64,000 bases of DNA from Octopus sinensis (taxonomy: Eukaryota). The notes beneath the pieces are model-generated. The model saw only the letters and a program-made list of their open reading frames with translations, did no database searches and had not been told where the DNA came from. The translations under genes and the position numbers were made by a program. The stretch is from the NCBI RefSeq assembly GCF_006345805.1, contig NC_043012.1:48484001-48548000 (forward strand), written 5' to 3'. How positions within the stretch are numbered: position 1 is the first letter of the stretch; every line of letters starts with the position of its first letter. Shown here one piece after another: positions 1 to 14,337 of the stretch.

Positions 1-230
<230 letters not shown>

Positions 231-1459
231 TGCTGGTGTAAAAATTGCGTCGCATTTATAATTTATCGATTCGATAAACTGAGCTGTAATAAAATAAGAA
301 CCGGAGTGAATTAATTATTGGGATCGATAAGATTGAGTGAAACCCCTTGAAGGCGTTATTTCAGTGATGTTTGAAACCATTGAAAAGAAACGAATGAAAG
401 AATATAAATATGTCCAGTGTCGAAACACAGGACAATCTATGACATTGTTTTACTACGCCACGACACAATCTGACAACGATTCTGGCCATAACACTAAGCA
501 TCAATGACTGCAAGTTGAAACAACATGTAAACATATCAATTGTGTTCAAAGATCAAAGACTTGTTCAGATATATGTAATTAGTATTTTATTATTTAATTA
601 TTTAAATGAAAGGATTGATGAAAGAATGAGAAATGAAAGATCACATGATAATAGGGAATTGTGATAAAGACGTAACAGCTTTCAGTAATAGAAACATCCA
701 GTTGATAATGAAGAGAGGAAAGGGGGGGAATGAGGAGATAAAAGAGATAAGAATGATGTGATAAGAGAGATAACATAGAGTTTGATGTAGAGATGAAAAG
801 GATGAGAGTGACGAGATATTAACAGATATAATATAGAGATTGGTGGAGAGATGAAAGAACGATCAAGAAATAAGATATGAAGAGATGAATGAAAGATGAA
901 GATATAATTATATTCGATATTAGTGTGTCTGACACCACTAACATCATAGACCAATGAAAGCATGTCATCAATATACAACTTATATGGACATCGTTAGCTT
1001 TCTTCATATAGTTATTTGGTAGTTAGACTTACCCAACGGCACTTAACAATTCCAAAGTAGTTTTGGCATGAGGGAACTACACTGTTATTAACGTAGATTA
1101 ATGTAACTCAGTGCTATAAACATGCGTGAATATACTAGAGTGTCATAAACATACCTCAATGAGATGTGATTGGTCTAGTCACGAATAATCTAGAAGCAAA
1201 TCTCAGATGTAACACAATCCCATCAACATGAACGATCGTACCATAACGTTATTAACATTTATAAATGATTCGCAGTGTTTTTAACATATATAGATGTGCC
1301 ACAATCCTCTAAGCATATACAAGTATACTATTGGGTTATTTACATGTATACATCTACTGCTTTTCAAAATATAGAACTGTATCACGATGCTATTAATTAT
1401 ACATACATATGCGTTATCTTGTCGCTCTTTCTGAGTTACATATATATATATATATATAT

Positions 1460-1649
1460 AGTCAGACGCCATGATAGATCGTTAGCCACTACACACATTT
1501 GTTTTCTCTCCTTGTTTTCTGTGTCCCTTTCTGTAGAAGAGCGTAGGCTCGAAACGTAAAAGACTTTTTCTGTTCTTGAGCGTTATACTAATACATGTTT
1601 GTTTTGTACACCACCCGTCTTCGTCTTTTGTTTTTTTTTCCGTAAATCT

Positions 1650-1655
<6 letters not shown>
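1460..1655 (+). mobile_element. Solo PLE terminal (pLTR) fragment with minimal hammerhead-like motif, between (TA)n tracts
   Basis: Homologous to 23545-23760 and to 52600-52835, which lies upstream of the PLE ORF. Shared CGCCATG..., GAAGAGCGTAGGCTCGAAACGT and downstream GAGCG..A.ACTAATA. Confidence 0.75.
1527..1565 (+). ncRNA. Minimal type I hammerhead ribozyme-like motif (variant core CUGUAGA)
   Basis: CTTT-CTGTAGA-A-GAGC(GTAG)GCTC-GAAACGT-A-AAAG. Stem I CTTT/AAAG, stem II GAGC/GCTC, palindromic ACGT stem III, GUA triplet. Confidence 0.6.
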
Positions 1656-1718
<63 letters not shown>

Positions 1719-3889
1719 GCTGTGTTGAGACGCTCATCCCATAACTACACTTACTCATCCCATAACTACACTTTTATAATTAATTAATTAATTAATTAAT
1801 TAATTAATTAATTTGCTTGTTTCCTCCCGATATAAACCAAAAACAAGGTCTAGAAGGTGTGCAATGTGACAGCACCTCTTTAATGCATAACTTATGAAGT
1901 GCCTCTCTAATGTCTAAAACCGCAAACATTACGTACATTTTCAATTTTTGCGTAAACTGGTGCTGCAAATAGAGTTGGCACAGAAACAGCTGTATCGAAT
2001 CATTAAAGATGTTAACGATTTTTTCGACTTCTTATCATTTATATTTATATATATGTGTGTGTGTTTGTTTGTGTGTATGTGTGTGTGTTTGTTTGTGTGT
2101 ATGTGTGTGTGTGCATGCGCGTTAGTTTTATTAACATAGATGAATATAATAATAATAACATACCTCATTCGATGCGTTTTTAGCAGTTCAATCATATTGA
2201 AAAAGAGATGCGACTGACGATTCTACAAACAGCTGTACCTTTAACGTTATTATCAGGCGAACCAGAACGACAAATCTGAGCCTTGAATTACAAATACAAC
2301 CCATTTTGTGGACTTCAACATAATTTTAGTCGATGCAATTTCCCTCACATAACTTCGATTGACTCGAGACATTTGCTCCAAATTATATGCAGTAGGATGG
2401 AAACCAGGACCTCAGAATTCCGAAGCGAAATCCTTTACCATTCAGCCATGTATTTATACTTAACTGCACCTCAACTGTTAATGTCGTATATCAATAAACA
2501 ACGGCGTTATTAACACGCATAATTGTTCAATAGTGTTATTAAAACAAGTAATTATATTACAACATTATTTGCAGTTGAGATATTATTAAAGCTGGGATGG
2601 AGTGAAAGTCTCTGCATTAGATCGCCTTTTCATCCTAACAAAGGCACAAACCATATATGTCCGAATCTTACATTTTTACAGTGTTGTCTCTCAGTAATCT
2701 CTCTCTCTCTCTTTTTTACTCCGTTATAATCAACTATAAACAGCAGCAGCAGCAGTAGTCTCCACTCAAATACCCACGCAGAGTTTATAGACATATTTTG
2801 AGATTATAACTGGAATATCATTACTGACAACCTACAAACCATCAATTTCCCAAATACTACATTAGAACTGATGACTATAGGTGTAATCCTTACCTCTGCA
2901 GGAACCAAGCGACGACATTACATACCGAAGATCATCTGTTAGGTGTATCTCCTACTGCATAATAAAGATAGTCGAAAGAACAGTATATATTTAACCAGTC
3001 ATCTAGTATATCGGTAAATATTAAAACAACATCAGAGCTAACACTTTGCTATCGTTATTAGATAAGTATTTTCCAATTGCATATAAATTTCGCAAACGGA
3101 AACAATATTAATATTTCTTGGAAAATAATCAAAAGCAAGAAGTGAATCACAACCCGGTGTGTTTATAGACTTAAATACGATTCCAGTATAAAAGATAAGG
3201 CTATCTGTTTCAACGCATGATTTCAGATCAAAATTCTTGCAAAACTAATACAAAACCTCTCATTAAATGACTTTTCTAAAACCTTAAATTGCAATTTTAT
3301 AAGACTGCTGATCAAAAAATATTCTTTGTAGTGTGCAGTTCGAGAAAGATTCGACTTACGCTTCGACTTATGGCGCTATGTCCCTCTTTACTAGACTCAA
3401 GAGAACATTGAGACGAAAAGATTTGAATTTTGGCTAAAAGAAGAAAAAGAAACCTTGTGTGATGTTACCGTTGTTGTTGCACATCATGTCTTCGTAACTG
3501 TTTTCTGGATTGCATTATCTACTGCGTTCTTCCTTGCTCGAGACATTGACCTGGAATTTGAGGAAATATGGTTGTTACCTGTAGCAAATCGAAAGACAGC
3601 TTAGAGGAAGCTTCGATGTCACCTGGTGTCGATATTATATAGTGCTGATTGTTATAATTTTAGAATTTAATACAGGTGCTGTTGTCTCCCGTATAGCTAC
3701 TGTTGTCTTTGCCGTTGTCGTAGCTGTTGTTGTTGCTGTTGTTGCTATTGCATCTTCTCCTTCTGCAGTTTCTTTCAAAAGAATCATTGTTGTTATGGTG
3801 ACGATGTGCATTTTCCTTATGTTTATCTGCATACAATACGAGATAACATATATTAGGGAGAGATTCTTTATCTATGCCACTATATGTAT

Positions 3890-3990
3890 ATATATGTTTG
3901 TCTTGTTTTCCATTTGTGTCTTTCGTTGTTCGTGAAAATAGCTTATAGTCTTTATTGTACACGTTTCATGACATCATGTGCCCACATATG
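3890..3990 (+). repeat. Short dispersed repeat tail (family also at 4660-4860 and about 22840-23110)
   Basis: GTGTCTTTCGTTGTTCGT.AAAATAG and GTACACGTTTCATGAC...TGTGCCCACATATGCATATA are shared with the 4.7-4.85 kb copy. Confidence 0.65.
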
Positions 3991-4046
3991 CATATATATA
4001 TATATATGTGTGTGTGTCTGTGTGTGTGTGTGTGTGTATACCCACA

Positions 4047-4083
<37 letters not shown>

Positions 4084-4122
4084 GCATAGAAGTATGTACA
4101 TCGTATGTATATATGCATATAT

Positions 4123-4154
<32 letters not shown>

Positions 4155-4659
4155 ATATTATTATTATATCATTGAATGCCACACATCCTCTTCGAATTAA
4201 TTTTTATCTTAATAATTCTGATGCGCACACTAAACGATCTTTTTTTTTTACTCTTTCGTTTTTCTCTCTTTCTCTCTCTCTCTCTCTTTCACTCTCTCTC
4301 TCATTCTTTTACCTCCTCTTCTTCCACTATTCTATCCTACTACTCTGTCACTCTCTCTCCCTCACTCCCCCTCCCTTGCTCACGTGCCTCCCATATGGCT
4401 ATCGGTCATCTTTCTTTCTTCTCGTAACTTGTGTTTCTTTCTCTCCGTTTTAACTGGAACAAGGAAGACGTGTTCTTGTCTATCTCCTGACCAAGTTTGA
4501 TTTACGTGTTCACCACCACAACCACAACCTCATTTAGGCTTAGCAGCCTTTCTTGTTTGTTTTCACTGTCCTGTTTATGTTACCAGTTTTGACCCACCGC
4601 AAAATCCCAAATTTTATTTAATTTGCATTACGGGAGCAACTGATTTATCGAAAGCCTAT

Positions 4660-4860
4660 GTTGTTGCTAAATGCTCGAAATACGAGAGTAGAAAAACAGC
4701 CAACAAGTGATGAAGCGTCGTTCTTTATGTTGTTTCTCTTGTTTTCCATGTGTGTCTTTCGTTGTTCGTAAAAATAGTTCATATTCCTTGGACTTGTACT
4801 TCGTATCTTTTTTGTTGTACACGTTTCATGACGGCCTGTGCCCACATATGCATATATACA
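4660..4860 (+). repeat. Short dispersed repeat tail, possibly a second PLE-end family
   Basis: Near-identical blocks with 3890-3990; weaker similarity to 22930-23110. Confidence 0.55.
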
Positions 4861-4886
4861 TGCCTATAGATGTATGTACACATACG

Positions 4887-4983
<97 letters not shown>

Positions 4984-7019
4984 CATACATACATATACAT
5001 ATACATATACATATATATATGTGAAATTACCACTAAATGTGACATGACTAGGATGTTAAAAATCACCTACATTGCGAAAAGTAAGAACTAAAATGCTCTA
5101 GTGCTATAGTTACAGCACATGAATGAAAACATACACAAACAAAGACGATATACATTTTATTGTTCCGCTAAGGGAGGGTCAATAAAAAATACGCCATCCA
5201 ATAAGAACAACAAATAGTTTCTTGCTATTAAGGCACGTGGTTAGGCAAGTTATGAACATCTGCTTCACTATATGTCTGAAAAACAAGAGATTATTTGCAG
5301 CACTTATTTTAATACTGTGTACATTAAATGATATATTTTAATATGTGTGTGCGCGGATGTGTGTGTCTGTGCGCGTATGAGTATGTGTGTAAGTATGTAT
5401 ATATGTATTTACATATACACACATATACATATATGTATATATGCACACCACACACACATTATATTATATAATATATATGTGTGTGTATGCATATGTACGT
5501 ACATATATATATGCAAATACAAATATACATATAAATACATATATATGCATACACAAACATATACACACACGCACACAAACACACACACACACACACAACA
5601 CACACACACACATACACATATACATTTATAAAAATCAAGCATTCATGTATATATGCAATTCTAAATCTGTGCATGTATTGTACTGTATGCTTGTACACAT
5701 GCATACATACCTACACACACACACAAGCACACGTGTGCACGCATTCATGTATATATTTCTTACGTATATCAAACGTGCAATGATATCACATGTTCAGCGT
5801 TGATTATAAACATTGTCGTTTGTCAAAAGAAACCACGTCTATTATCCTACTGGTCTCTTTGAACTTAACAATACACTGACACACACAAACAAAAAAAATT
5901 CTTGCTCCAGAGATGACTTATTCTAAGAAATGTGAACGCGCCACTGTTAAAAGTTATTCTTTAATTCTAATACGGAAGTCAGAAAGCGTTGCGGAAGTTG
6001 AATAACAATTCATTTAGAGAACACTTCCTTTAAAATTGTTCAGGTTAAAAAGAAACGGTGAAATACCCATAATTCCTGTGCTGTGATATTTCTCACTTTT
6101 CTGAAAAAGCAGACGCAATGATGGCAGCCCAGTAGATTTCCTTTTGTGCTTGCTTTTCATAATCAGAGACAATGGATTCTGCTGAGTATTGTGCCATTAC
6201 TTAAGTTTGTATTGTAGAGTCTCTGAGAGGAAGGGGAGGAGAAGGAGGAGGAGGAGTAAGAAGAAGGGAAGTAAGAAGAAGGAAAAGAAAAAGAACAACG
6301 CCGATGATGACGACGACGACGACGAACGTTGACGGTGGCGACGACGACAAGTAAATAACAACAAGAACAACAACAATGTAATGATTGAGATGATGCTGAA
6401 GAATACGGTGAAAGAAGACAGAGAATAAACGTCCTATCGATTTTCAAAGGGGCATTCAATATTGTATGTAGATTACTTTTTGTGATATCTTCTATAGCAA
6501 TTTCTCTCTGTTGTTCTCTGCCATTATATCAGTTCACATTTAATGGAATACATTACTTGGAATTCGTTCCCTCAGTACAAAAAAGAAAAAAAAAAGTCTA
6601 AAATGTTTCTCCTTATTCTATGTTTATAGGTTAGTGTATGTGTGATTTCAGGAGTAAGAGACGCACAAAAGAATCAGAAATGATTAACAATTAACTGTTA
6701 ACTCACATCTGAATTATTCAATCTGGGTTCAGTTAAATTTTGTTGAAGCTTTTATTGTTATTGTAAACAGTTTTATGGAACAGATATAGATGAATTACTG
6801 AGGCAAAATGATAAGCTTAAGATATATTTTGGTGCTTTGTGAAATATTTTGTAGCTGCAACAGACGTGTAAATAAGCAGCGTATCAATGGTGCAATGTAG
6901 TGATGTAGGTTTGCTGAATGCCATTGTGTAATGCGGTGTAGATAATGGAGTAGCGTGGAACAGTAATGTATCATATTATAATATAGTCTATTATTACGTA
7001 ATGTTGTTAATGTTTTATT

Positions 7020-7860
7020 ACAGAACTGTTGTGTATCAGTGTGTAATGTGGTGTAGATAATTTAACAAGAGAACTGCAGTGTATCATTGTGTAACTGTGT
7101 AGAACTATAGGGAATCATTGAGTAATGTAGAGTAGAACTGTAGTGAACCATGGTGTAATGCAGTGTAGAACTATACTGGATTGCAGCATAATATATTGTA
7201 GAGCTGCGGTGAATCATGTAATGTAGTGTAGAACTGCAGTGAATCGTTGTGTAACGCAGTGTTGACGTATAAGGAATCATTGTGGAATGTTGAGCAGAAC
7301 TGTAGGGAATTATTTAGTAATGTTGAGTAGAACTATACTGAATCGCTTTGTAATATAGTGTAGAACTTCAGTGAACCATTGTGTAATGTAGTATTAAGTT
7401 TCAACCGGGGTCCATATAAGATTTTTTTTTTTTTTGTAGTGGGGTTCCACTTTACAAAATAGTAAATTGGGTATCCACAATAATATTTTAAGGGCCCCTG
7501 AAAAATAAACGTTGCTTTAAATGTATGTATTGGTATGTATTGCAAAAAATAGCTAGATTCCTTTCTCTAACATTTCACATAATTCAACTCACAATTTAAC
7601 GTGTGAAAAGTTAAACAGAATTTTGAAAGAACTTTCCATAAAACTAGTTTTTAAGCCTCGAATGACTATGGAGATCCGCCAGAATAAAATAGTAATCAAA
7701 AGGGGTGCATACGTAAAAAATGGTTGAGAACCTATGATAATATAACAAGAGAACCACAGTACATCATTCTGTAACATAGTGTAGTATAACTGTATTGAAT
7801 CAAGATGTAATGCAATGTTGAGCTATAGGGAATCATTGTGTAATGTAGGTTAATTAACGT
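7020..7860. repeat. Degenerate ~33-bp minisatellite (AGAACTGCAGTGAATCATTGTGTAATGTAGTGT-like), interrupted by a MITE
   Basis: About ten diverged units at 7020-7390 and a few more at 7740-7860. It produces the SSTLHY-repeat ORFs on the minus strand. Confidence 0.8.
7391..7737. mobile_element. hAT-like non-autonomous MITE, decayed
   Basis: Left end ...GTTTCAACCGGGGTCC and right end GGGGTGC...AAAAAATGGTTGAGAACC resemble CAGTGGTTCTCAACC-type hAT termini. It splits the minisatellite. Confidence 0.55.
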
Positions 7861-8319
7861 TGGATAACTAAAGTGTTTTGCTGTAATATGAAGTATGGTT
7901 AATACTGTATTATAGATAAGTATTGCTGAACAGTCTACCATTGAGTTGTTAATGTAGGAAGAAAACTTCGTATATAATTTGGTAATGCAATAAATTGAAT
8001 AATCTGTGTGTTTTACTCGAGCTGATCAAGCATTTCCTCAAAGACACTCCAGCTGTCACTGTTCTATATTTTATTCATACTGCACCTATGACTACACCAC
8101 ATTATTGAAAGTTTATATCCTTATTATATTGGATGTATGTGTTTGGGGTACGTAGGTTGTGGTTTCTAGCAATTTGGCTGACTGCGTAGGGAGCTTTTCA
8201 TTGGTTCAAATATAAAGCATAACATTTAATATGATACCGTGTAATAAAAAGACTTATGAAGCTGTGGTACAAAGGTATATGTAACAATTGTTTCTGATAT
8301 TGGGTAGAAGTTTATTCGC

Positions 8320-8462
8320 TTACATCGACCCCAGTAGTTAACAGGTACATTTTTATAAAGCCCGAAAGAATAAAAAGCAAAGATGACATCGGCGGAATTT
8401 GAACTGAATTAAATGTCGCCGAGCATTTTGTCAACACTCTAACAATTCTGCCACTCACCACC
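8320..8462 (-). mobile_element. SINE family A, decayed fragment
   Basis: ATCGACCCCAGT...GGCGGAATTTGAACTG...ATTCTGCCA matches the reverse complement of family A. Confidence 0.6.
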
Positions 8463-8791
8463 TTACTTAGTATGACATAATGTGAAATTATGTAATGCAG
8501 TCCGTGCAATATTGTGTAGTACAATTCTTGTAATTTCGTATAGAATGATGAATCTGTAATACAATACATCGCAGGACATAGACTAACGTATAAAAGTGTA
8601 AAATTGTAATATATCAATTCGTGTGACAAGTTGATATCGCACAGAAATGTAAAGCTGTAGTTTAGTAAGCCGTATGTCATAGCGTAATATAGTATAGCAG
8701 TATAAAATTTACAGTATAACATTTTGTCTGGCATAGAGGAAAGTTGTATATAAGTATAAAACCAGATTATCATATTTTCCTGTCACATTAA

Positions 8792-9192
8792 GGCGGAGAG
8801 CTGGCAGAATCGGTAGCACACCGGGCGAAATGCTTAGCGGTATTTCGTCTGTCGTTACGTTCTGAGTTCAAATTCCGCCGAGGTCGACTTTGCCTTTCAT
8901 CCTTTCGGGGTCGATTAAATAAGTACCAGTTACGCACTGGGGTCAATATAATCGACTTAATTCGTTTGTCTGTCCTTGTTTGTCCTCTCTGTGTTTAGCC
9001 CCTTGTGGGTAGTAAAGAAATAGGTATTTCGTCCGTTTCTACGTTCTGTGTTCGAATTCTGCTGAGGTCGACTTTGCCTTTCATCCATTCGGGGTCGATA
9101 AAGTAAGTATCAGTTGAGCACTTGAGTTTGTGTAATCGACTTAGCCCTCCCCCGAACTTGCTGGCCTTGTGCCAAAATTTAAAACCAGTATT
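8792..9192 (+). mobile_element. tRNA-derived SINE family A with duplicated internal module
   Basis: Head GGCGGAGAGCTGGCAGAATCGGTAGC, B-box-like GAGTTCAAATTCC. Module GTATTTCGTC... at about 8841 and 9024. More than ten copies in the window. Confidence 0.88.
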
Positions 9193-10209
9193 TTCCTCTC
9201 AGAGTGTTCGATGAGAAAAATGCTTATATAACACTGTGTGTCACAGCTTGAGGTCTTGTCGAGGAGTAAAACCCTCTAACACTTCGTGATGCAGTATAAT
9301 ACTGTTTAAATGTATAAAGTTACAATACAATACTTCGTGTTACGAGGTATAACGTCGATTATAAGGTTAAAACTGCAGTATAACACTTGCTTTAAGTCGT
9401 GTATTTAATGAAAAGGGGGAAATCTGCCATGTAAATACTTCAAGTACCCCAATATTTTATGATTTTAATGGAACAAAGAACTTTTCTATCTGGCTTAAGT
9501 TGTTTCAGGAACTTTGCCAGTTCAATGGTTACTTTGCTGATAATCTTTAAGCTGCTGTATTTTTTTTTTTTTGCCCTTTGCTTAATTTTTCTATTTATGA
9601 AGTTGGACTTGGACACATTTTAATCAACAATTCTATTCTGTATCGGAGAATCTTATTAAAAGTGCGATTGTTACCCAGACCAGGTATTGCTATGGCATTC
9701 TAAACCAGATAACATAAGCATTTGTCAGAGCTCGCAATTTTCAGAGCTACTTTTTAACATTTTTTTTTACCAGTTAACTGTAAATGGTAATAAATAGCAA
9801 AAACACAGACACACATAAATACATGCATACACATATATGCACACATAAACACACACATAGACGCACATACACATACAGAGCTAACACTCATACCGCGGAG
9901 ACAGTATTGAAGAACACTATGTGTTGCCGAGACACCTACCAATGAAATAAACACACACACACAAAATAGAAATTTTAAATTCACTAATAACTATTGATTT
10001 CTAATGAAGCTACAAATCTACACATTTCGTGAAAGGGGAAAGTCGATTAATCAAACCATTAGTTGTCTAGTACTGTACTTTATCGATCATGGAAAGGTGA
10101 AAAGCATGGTCTGTCTTGTTGCGATTTGAACTCTGAACCTGAGGAAACGAAAATACTAGCGGACGCTTAATCCAGCCGTCTAACCATTCTCACACCATAC
10201 TAGAGATGT

Positions 10210-10427
10210 AATAATCCTTTCTACTATTGGCACAAGGCCTGGAATTTGTGGGGAAGGGGATAGTCGATTACATAGACCTCAGTACTTGGCTGGTACTTAA
10301 TTTTCCGACCCCCAAAGGGATGGAAGACAAAGTCGTCCGTGGTGAAATTTGAAATCAGAACATTGAGATGAACGAAATGCAGTTAAGCGTTTTGCCAGAC
10401 GTGCTTCTGTTTCTGCCAGCTGGCCGC
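10210..10427 (-). mobile_element. SINE family A
   Basis: Reverse complement of the family A head (CTGCCAGCTGGCCGC) and tail (AATCCTTTCTACTATTGGCACAAGGCC). Confidence 0.8.
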
Positions 10428-10454
10428 TTTGCTATAGATGTAACAATAGTTCGG

Positions 10455-10934
10455 AACTTTTTCACAGGGCCCGCAATTTTAGGGGATAGTAAGTCGATTA
10501 CATTGACCCCAGTTTTCAACTGGTACTTAAGTTATCGACTCCGAACGGATGAAAGGCAAAGTCGACCTCGTCGGAATTTGAACTCAGAGTGCAAAGATGG
10601 ACGAAATACTTATTTCTATTTCTTTACTACCCACAAGGGGCTACACACAGAGAGGACAAAGTCAACCTCGGTGGAATTTGAACTCAGAACAGAGCGGCAG
10701 ACGAAATACCTATTTCTTTACTACACATAAGGGGCTAAACACAGAGAGGACAAACAAGGACAGACAAACAGATTAAGTCGATTAGATTGACCCCAGTGCG
10801 TAACTGGTACTTAATTTATCGACCCCGAAAGGATGAAAGCAAAGTCGACCTCGGCGGAATTTGAACTCAGAACGTAACGGCAGACGAAATACGGCTACGC
10901 ATTTCGCCCGGCGTACTGACGTTTCTGCCAGCTC
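10455..10934 (-). mobile_element. SINE family A with three internal modules
   Basis: AAAGTC.ACCTCG..GGAATTTGAACTCAG occurs three times; head at 10925-10934. Confidence 0.85.
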
Positions 10935-10957
10935 AAAACAACATAAAATTGTTATGA

Positions 10958-11385
10958 ATATGAAGCAGAGGTTGTGATAGAAAATGAGGATTACAAGAAC
11001 TTGTGGGACTTCCCCATTAAGATTGACCATACTGTTGAAGAAGACCAGATATGATTATAGGGGACAAAATTAACAAACTGTAAGATTTTGCAATTCCATA
11101 TGATAAAGACGATACCAAAGAAATGGAAACAATTAAGAATTATCGTGATATACAGCCAGAGAGTTGGGGTGACTGTGGAAGACAAAAATTATTCCTGTAG
11201 CAACGTGGACTTGGTACAACACCAAAATGCTGTCTAGAAGACTGAATCAGATTGGAATTGAAACTCGCATTGCACTCCTGAAAAGAAGTATCATCTATGT
11301 TTTGCAAAACTCCTAAGAAAAATTCTTGAGATTTGAGACTTGTCCCCAGACCTCAAGATAAAATGCCTCCTAACTAAATTAACAT
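10958..11385 (+). mobile_element. 3' end of an R4/Dong-clade RLE non-LTR retrotransposon, decayed
   Basis: Frameshifted translation VIENEDYKNLWDFPIKIDHTVE/RPDMIIGDK.../FAIPYD...KEMET.../GLGTTPK.../LLRKILEI*. This matches the PD-(D/E)xK RLE C-terminus and is followed directly by (TAA)n. Confidence 0.8.
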
Positions 11386-11412
11386 AATAATAATAATAAT
11401 ATAATAATAATA

Positions 11413-11455
<43 letters not shown>

Positions 11456-12484
11456 CGATACAGCAATGGCGTCTAACGATAATATATAATTCGAAATAGT
11501 TAGGAAGCAGTCTAAGAAAATCATCATTGATGTTGCTCACATCTCAAACACACGAACAAGCTTTCTACCGTACTCTTGTTCATCGTGATTGTGCCAAAGA
11601 TTATCTCTGCAGCGACAAACTTCCACGAAGAACTAAATTAGATTTTGAACTACCATCTAAATTTAAGTCAACAGTGTAAACTAAAATACTAAAAAAGATT
11701 ACCATAAGGAGCATCGATAAAAAAAGAAAGAAAAACAGGGCCTCTTCCTATCCATCGGTTTACTATAAATGGTAGCGAAATCCAACCCTCTAATCACTCC
11801 CATCTGCCTTAGAATCGGATAGGATATTGGATAATATAGTTCTATGTGTGTTCTGGGTGCCTAAACTTGAAAAAAGAAAGGAGCAGTTAGAGATAGAATG
11901 CAATCCAGTTTGATAAATGCATACTTCTTCTAGTTGTTATCCTTCGTCAAAATCGGCAATTTAAAGCGCTGCAGTCACGTAATATTCTTTATCGGTAGGA
12001 AGCTCATTCTTTCCACGTTTTCTACTCTCATTATTGCCCAGAATCTCCAAGTATTCCTCCAACTCCGAATCAATTTATTTTTCAATGAAAGCGATAGCAA
12101 ATTTAGAAATATCGGTGCGGAAGAGAGAACCATTTCACTGTTCTCTTTTTTTCTTGTTTTTGTTTTTTTGTATATATATTTTTTTATTCCTTTGTTTCAG
12201 TTCCTTCTCGTATTTCTCTCGGTGTCCATCGGTTAGCAGGAATATATTACTGAAGGAAAACGAAAAGTTGCTGAAGCAAATTCTGCTTCTCTCTTTTCAG
12301 AGGTTACAAAGAGGAAAACGGAAATTTGACCACAGGCATTTTCTTGCCATAAACTGACATTTTCAGTATTGTTGAGGTCTCTTCCTTTTATTTGCCACCG
12401 AGAACCAAGAGGAAAGCAAGGAACGAAAAAGTGCTGTGCATGATTACCAGTAAACAGAAATTGTAAAAACTTCGTAATAGATAA

Positions 12485-12567
<83 letters not shown>

Positions 12568-12748
12568 TAATTATAATAATAATAGTAGTAGTAATAATAA
12601 TGATAATAACAACAACAACAACAATAATAATAATAATAGTAGTAGTAGTAGTAGTAGTAGTAATAATAACAACAACTACAGCAACAACTACAACAACAAC
12701 AACAACAACAATAATAATAATAACAACAACAACAACAACAACAACAAC

Positions 12749-12795
<47 letters not shown>

Positions 12796-12815
12796 CAATA
12801 ATAATAATAATAAAT
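12485..12815. repeat. Compound (TAA)n/(CAA)n/(TAG)n microsatellite
   Basis: Directly visible. Confidence 0.95.
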
Positions 12816-13268
12816 AATGGAAATTTGTGAATTTTTTTCTCAGTATTCCTTAATTTAGAATTCAAATTTCCAATCACGCCTCTTGTTGTGAGGGTATGAT
12901 TACCTCCCTTGCATTAACAGCCATAGCCCGAGGACACCACATATATATTTTTTTTTTCAACTTAAGCTTCAGATCCTTTACTTCTCCATTATATACATGA
13001 TATTGTAATTGTCCTCAGTCACAAACACTTCTGTTAAAAGCGATGAGACCATTGGAAGCTTTCACTGTTTCGCTCTAAATTACTTTCTCAATCATTATCG
13101 CTTCTACATTAAAATTTCTATTCATATAATCAAATAATATATTACTCCTGCCTGGGTGAATAAGACCATTTTGGGTGCGAGAACAGAAGCGACACCATTC
13201 GTCGTACTCAAAGAAGTGACCACAACTACATTTCTTGGAAAGAATATTTACGAATCCCTCAATATATA

Positions 13269-13685
13269 GGCGTAGGAATGGCTGTGTGGTAAGTAGCTTG
13301 CTTACCAACCACATGGTTCCGGGTTCAGTCCCACTGGGTGGCACCTTGGACAAGAGTCTTCTACTATAGCTTTGGGCCGAACAAGGCCTTGTGAGTGGAT
13401 TTGGTAGACGGAAACGGTAAGAAGCCCATCGTATATATGCATATATATTGATGCATGTGAGTGTATATGTTTGTGTGTCTGTGTTTGTCACCCCAAAATC
13501 GCTTGACAACCGATGCTGGTGTGTTTATGTCCCCGTCACTTAGCGGTTCGGCAAAAGAGACCGATAGAATAATTACTAGGCTTACAAAGAATCAGTCCTG
13601 GGGCCGATTTACTCGACTAAAGGCAGTACTCCAGCATGGCCACAGTCAAATAACTGAAACAAGTAAAAAGAGTAAAAGAGAGTAT
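13269..13685 (+). mobile_element. tRNA-derived SINE family B, full length
   Basis: A-box TGGCTGTGTGG, B-box GGTTCAGTCCC, central CACCTTGG.CAAG.GTCTTCTACTATAGC, tail GAAACAAGTAAAAAGAGTAAAAGAG. Matches 32117-32505. Confidence 0.87.
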
Positions 13686-13923
13686 ATTCCTGAACTCCTG
13701 GGAAATAAGTCGTTCAGGAAGCGATATCGTTTTGTCGTTGTTTAGTTATAGTTCACAGTCACGAACTAGCAGACCATCCTGGATTTTACGCGATAATGCT
13801 ATGCAATGAGTCTTTCTCTGTTTTAAAATAATGGAGAGTGTGATATGAAAGAGATCTGGCTGCCATTACAAAGAGATCGAGAGCTCGTAATGTTGTATTG
13901 GTAGTGTGAAGGATCATCTCTAC

Positions 13924-14337
13924 TTATTTCTTTACTGCCCACAAGGGGCTACACACAGAGGGGACAAACAAGGACAGACAAATGGATTATCGATTATATC
14001 GACCCCAGTGTGTAACTGGTACTTATTTAATCGACTCCGAAAGGCTGAAAGGCAAAGTCGACCTCGGTGGAATTTGAACTCAGAACGTAACGGCAGACGA
14101 AATACCTATTTCCTTACTACCCACAAGGGGCTAAACATAGAGAAGACAAACAAGGACACACAAACGGATTAATTCGATTTTATCGACCCCAGTGCGTAAC
14201 TGGTACTTATTTGATCGACCCCGAAAGGATTAAAGGCAAAGTCGACCTCGGAGGAATTTGAAATCAGAACGTAACGGCAGGCGAAATACCGCTAAACATT
14301 TCTCCCTTCGAGATAATGTTTCTGCCAGCTCGCCGCC
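13924..14337 (-). mobile_element. SINE family A with duplicated module
   Basis: Reverse complement of the family consensus; CTCTACT on both flanks is a possible short TSD. Confidence 0.85.

Noticed and set aside
12301-12354. Possible terminal exon after TCTCTCTTTTCAG (RGYKEENGNLTTGIFLP*)
   Set aside because: Good acceptor but no recognisable homology or partner exons; may be repeat-derived.
13269-13345. tRNA genes at SINE heads (also 20320-20396, 47131-47205 and 59644-59715)
   Set aside because: A and B boxes are present but I could not form complete cloverleaves, and each continues into a SINE body.
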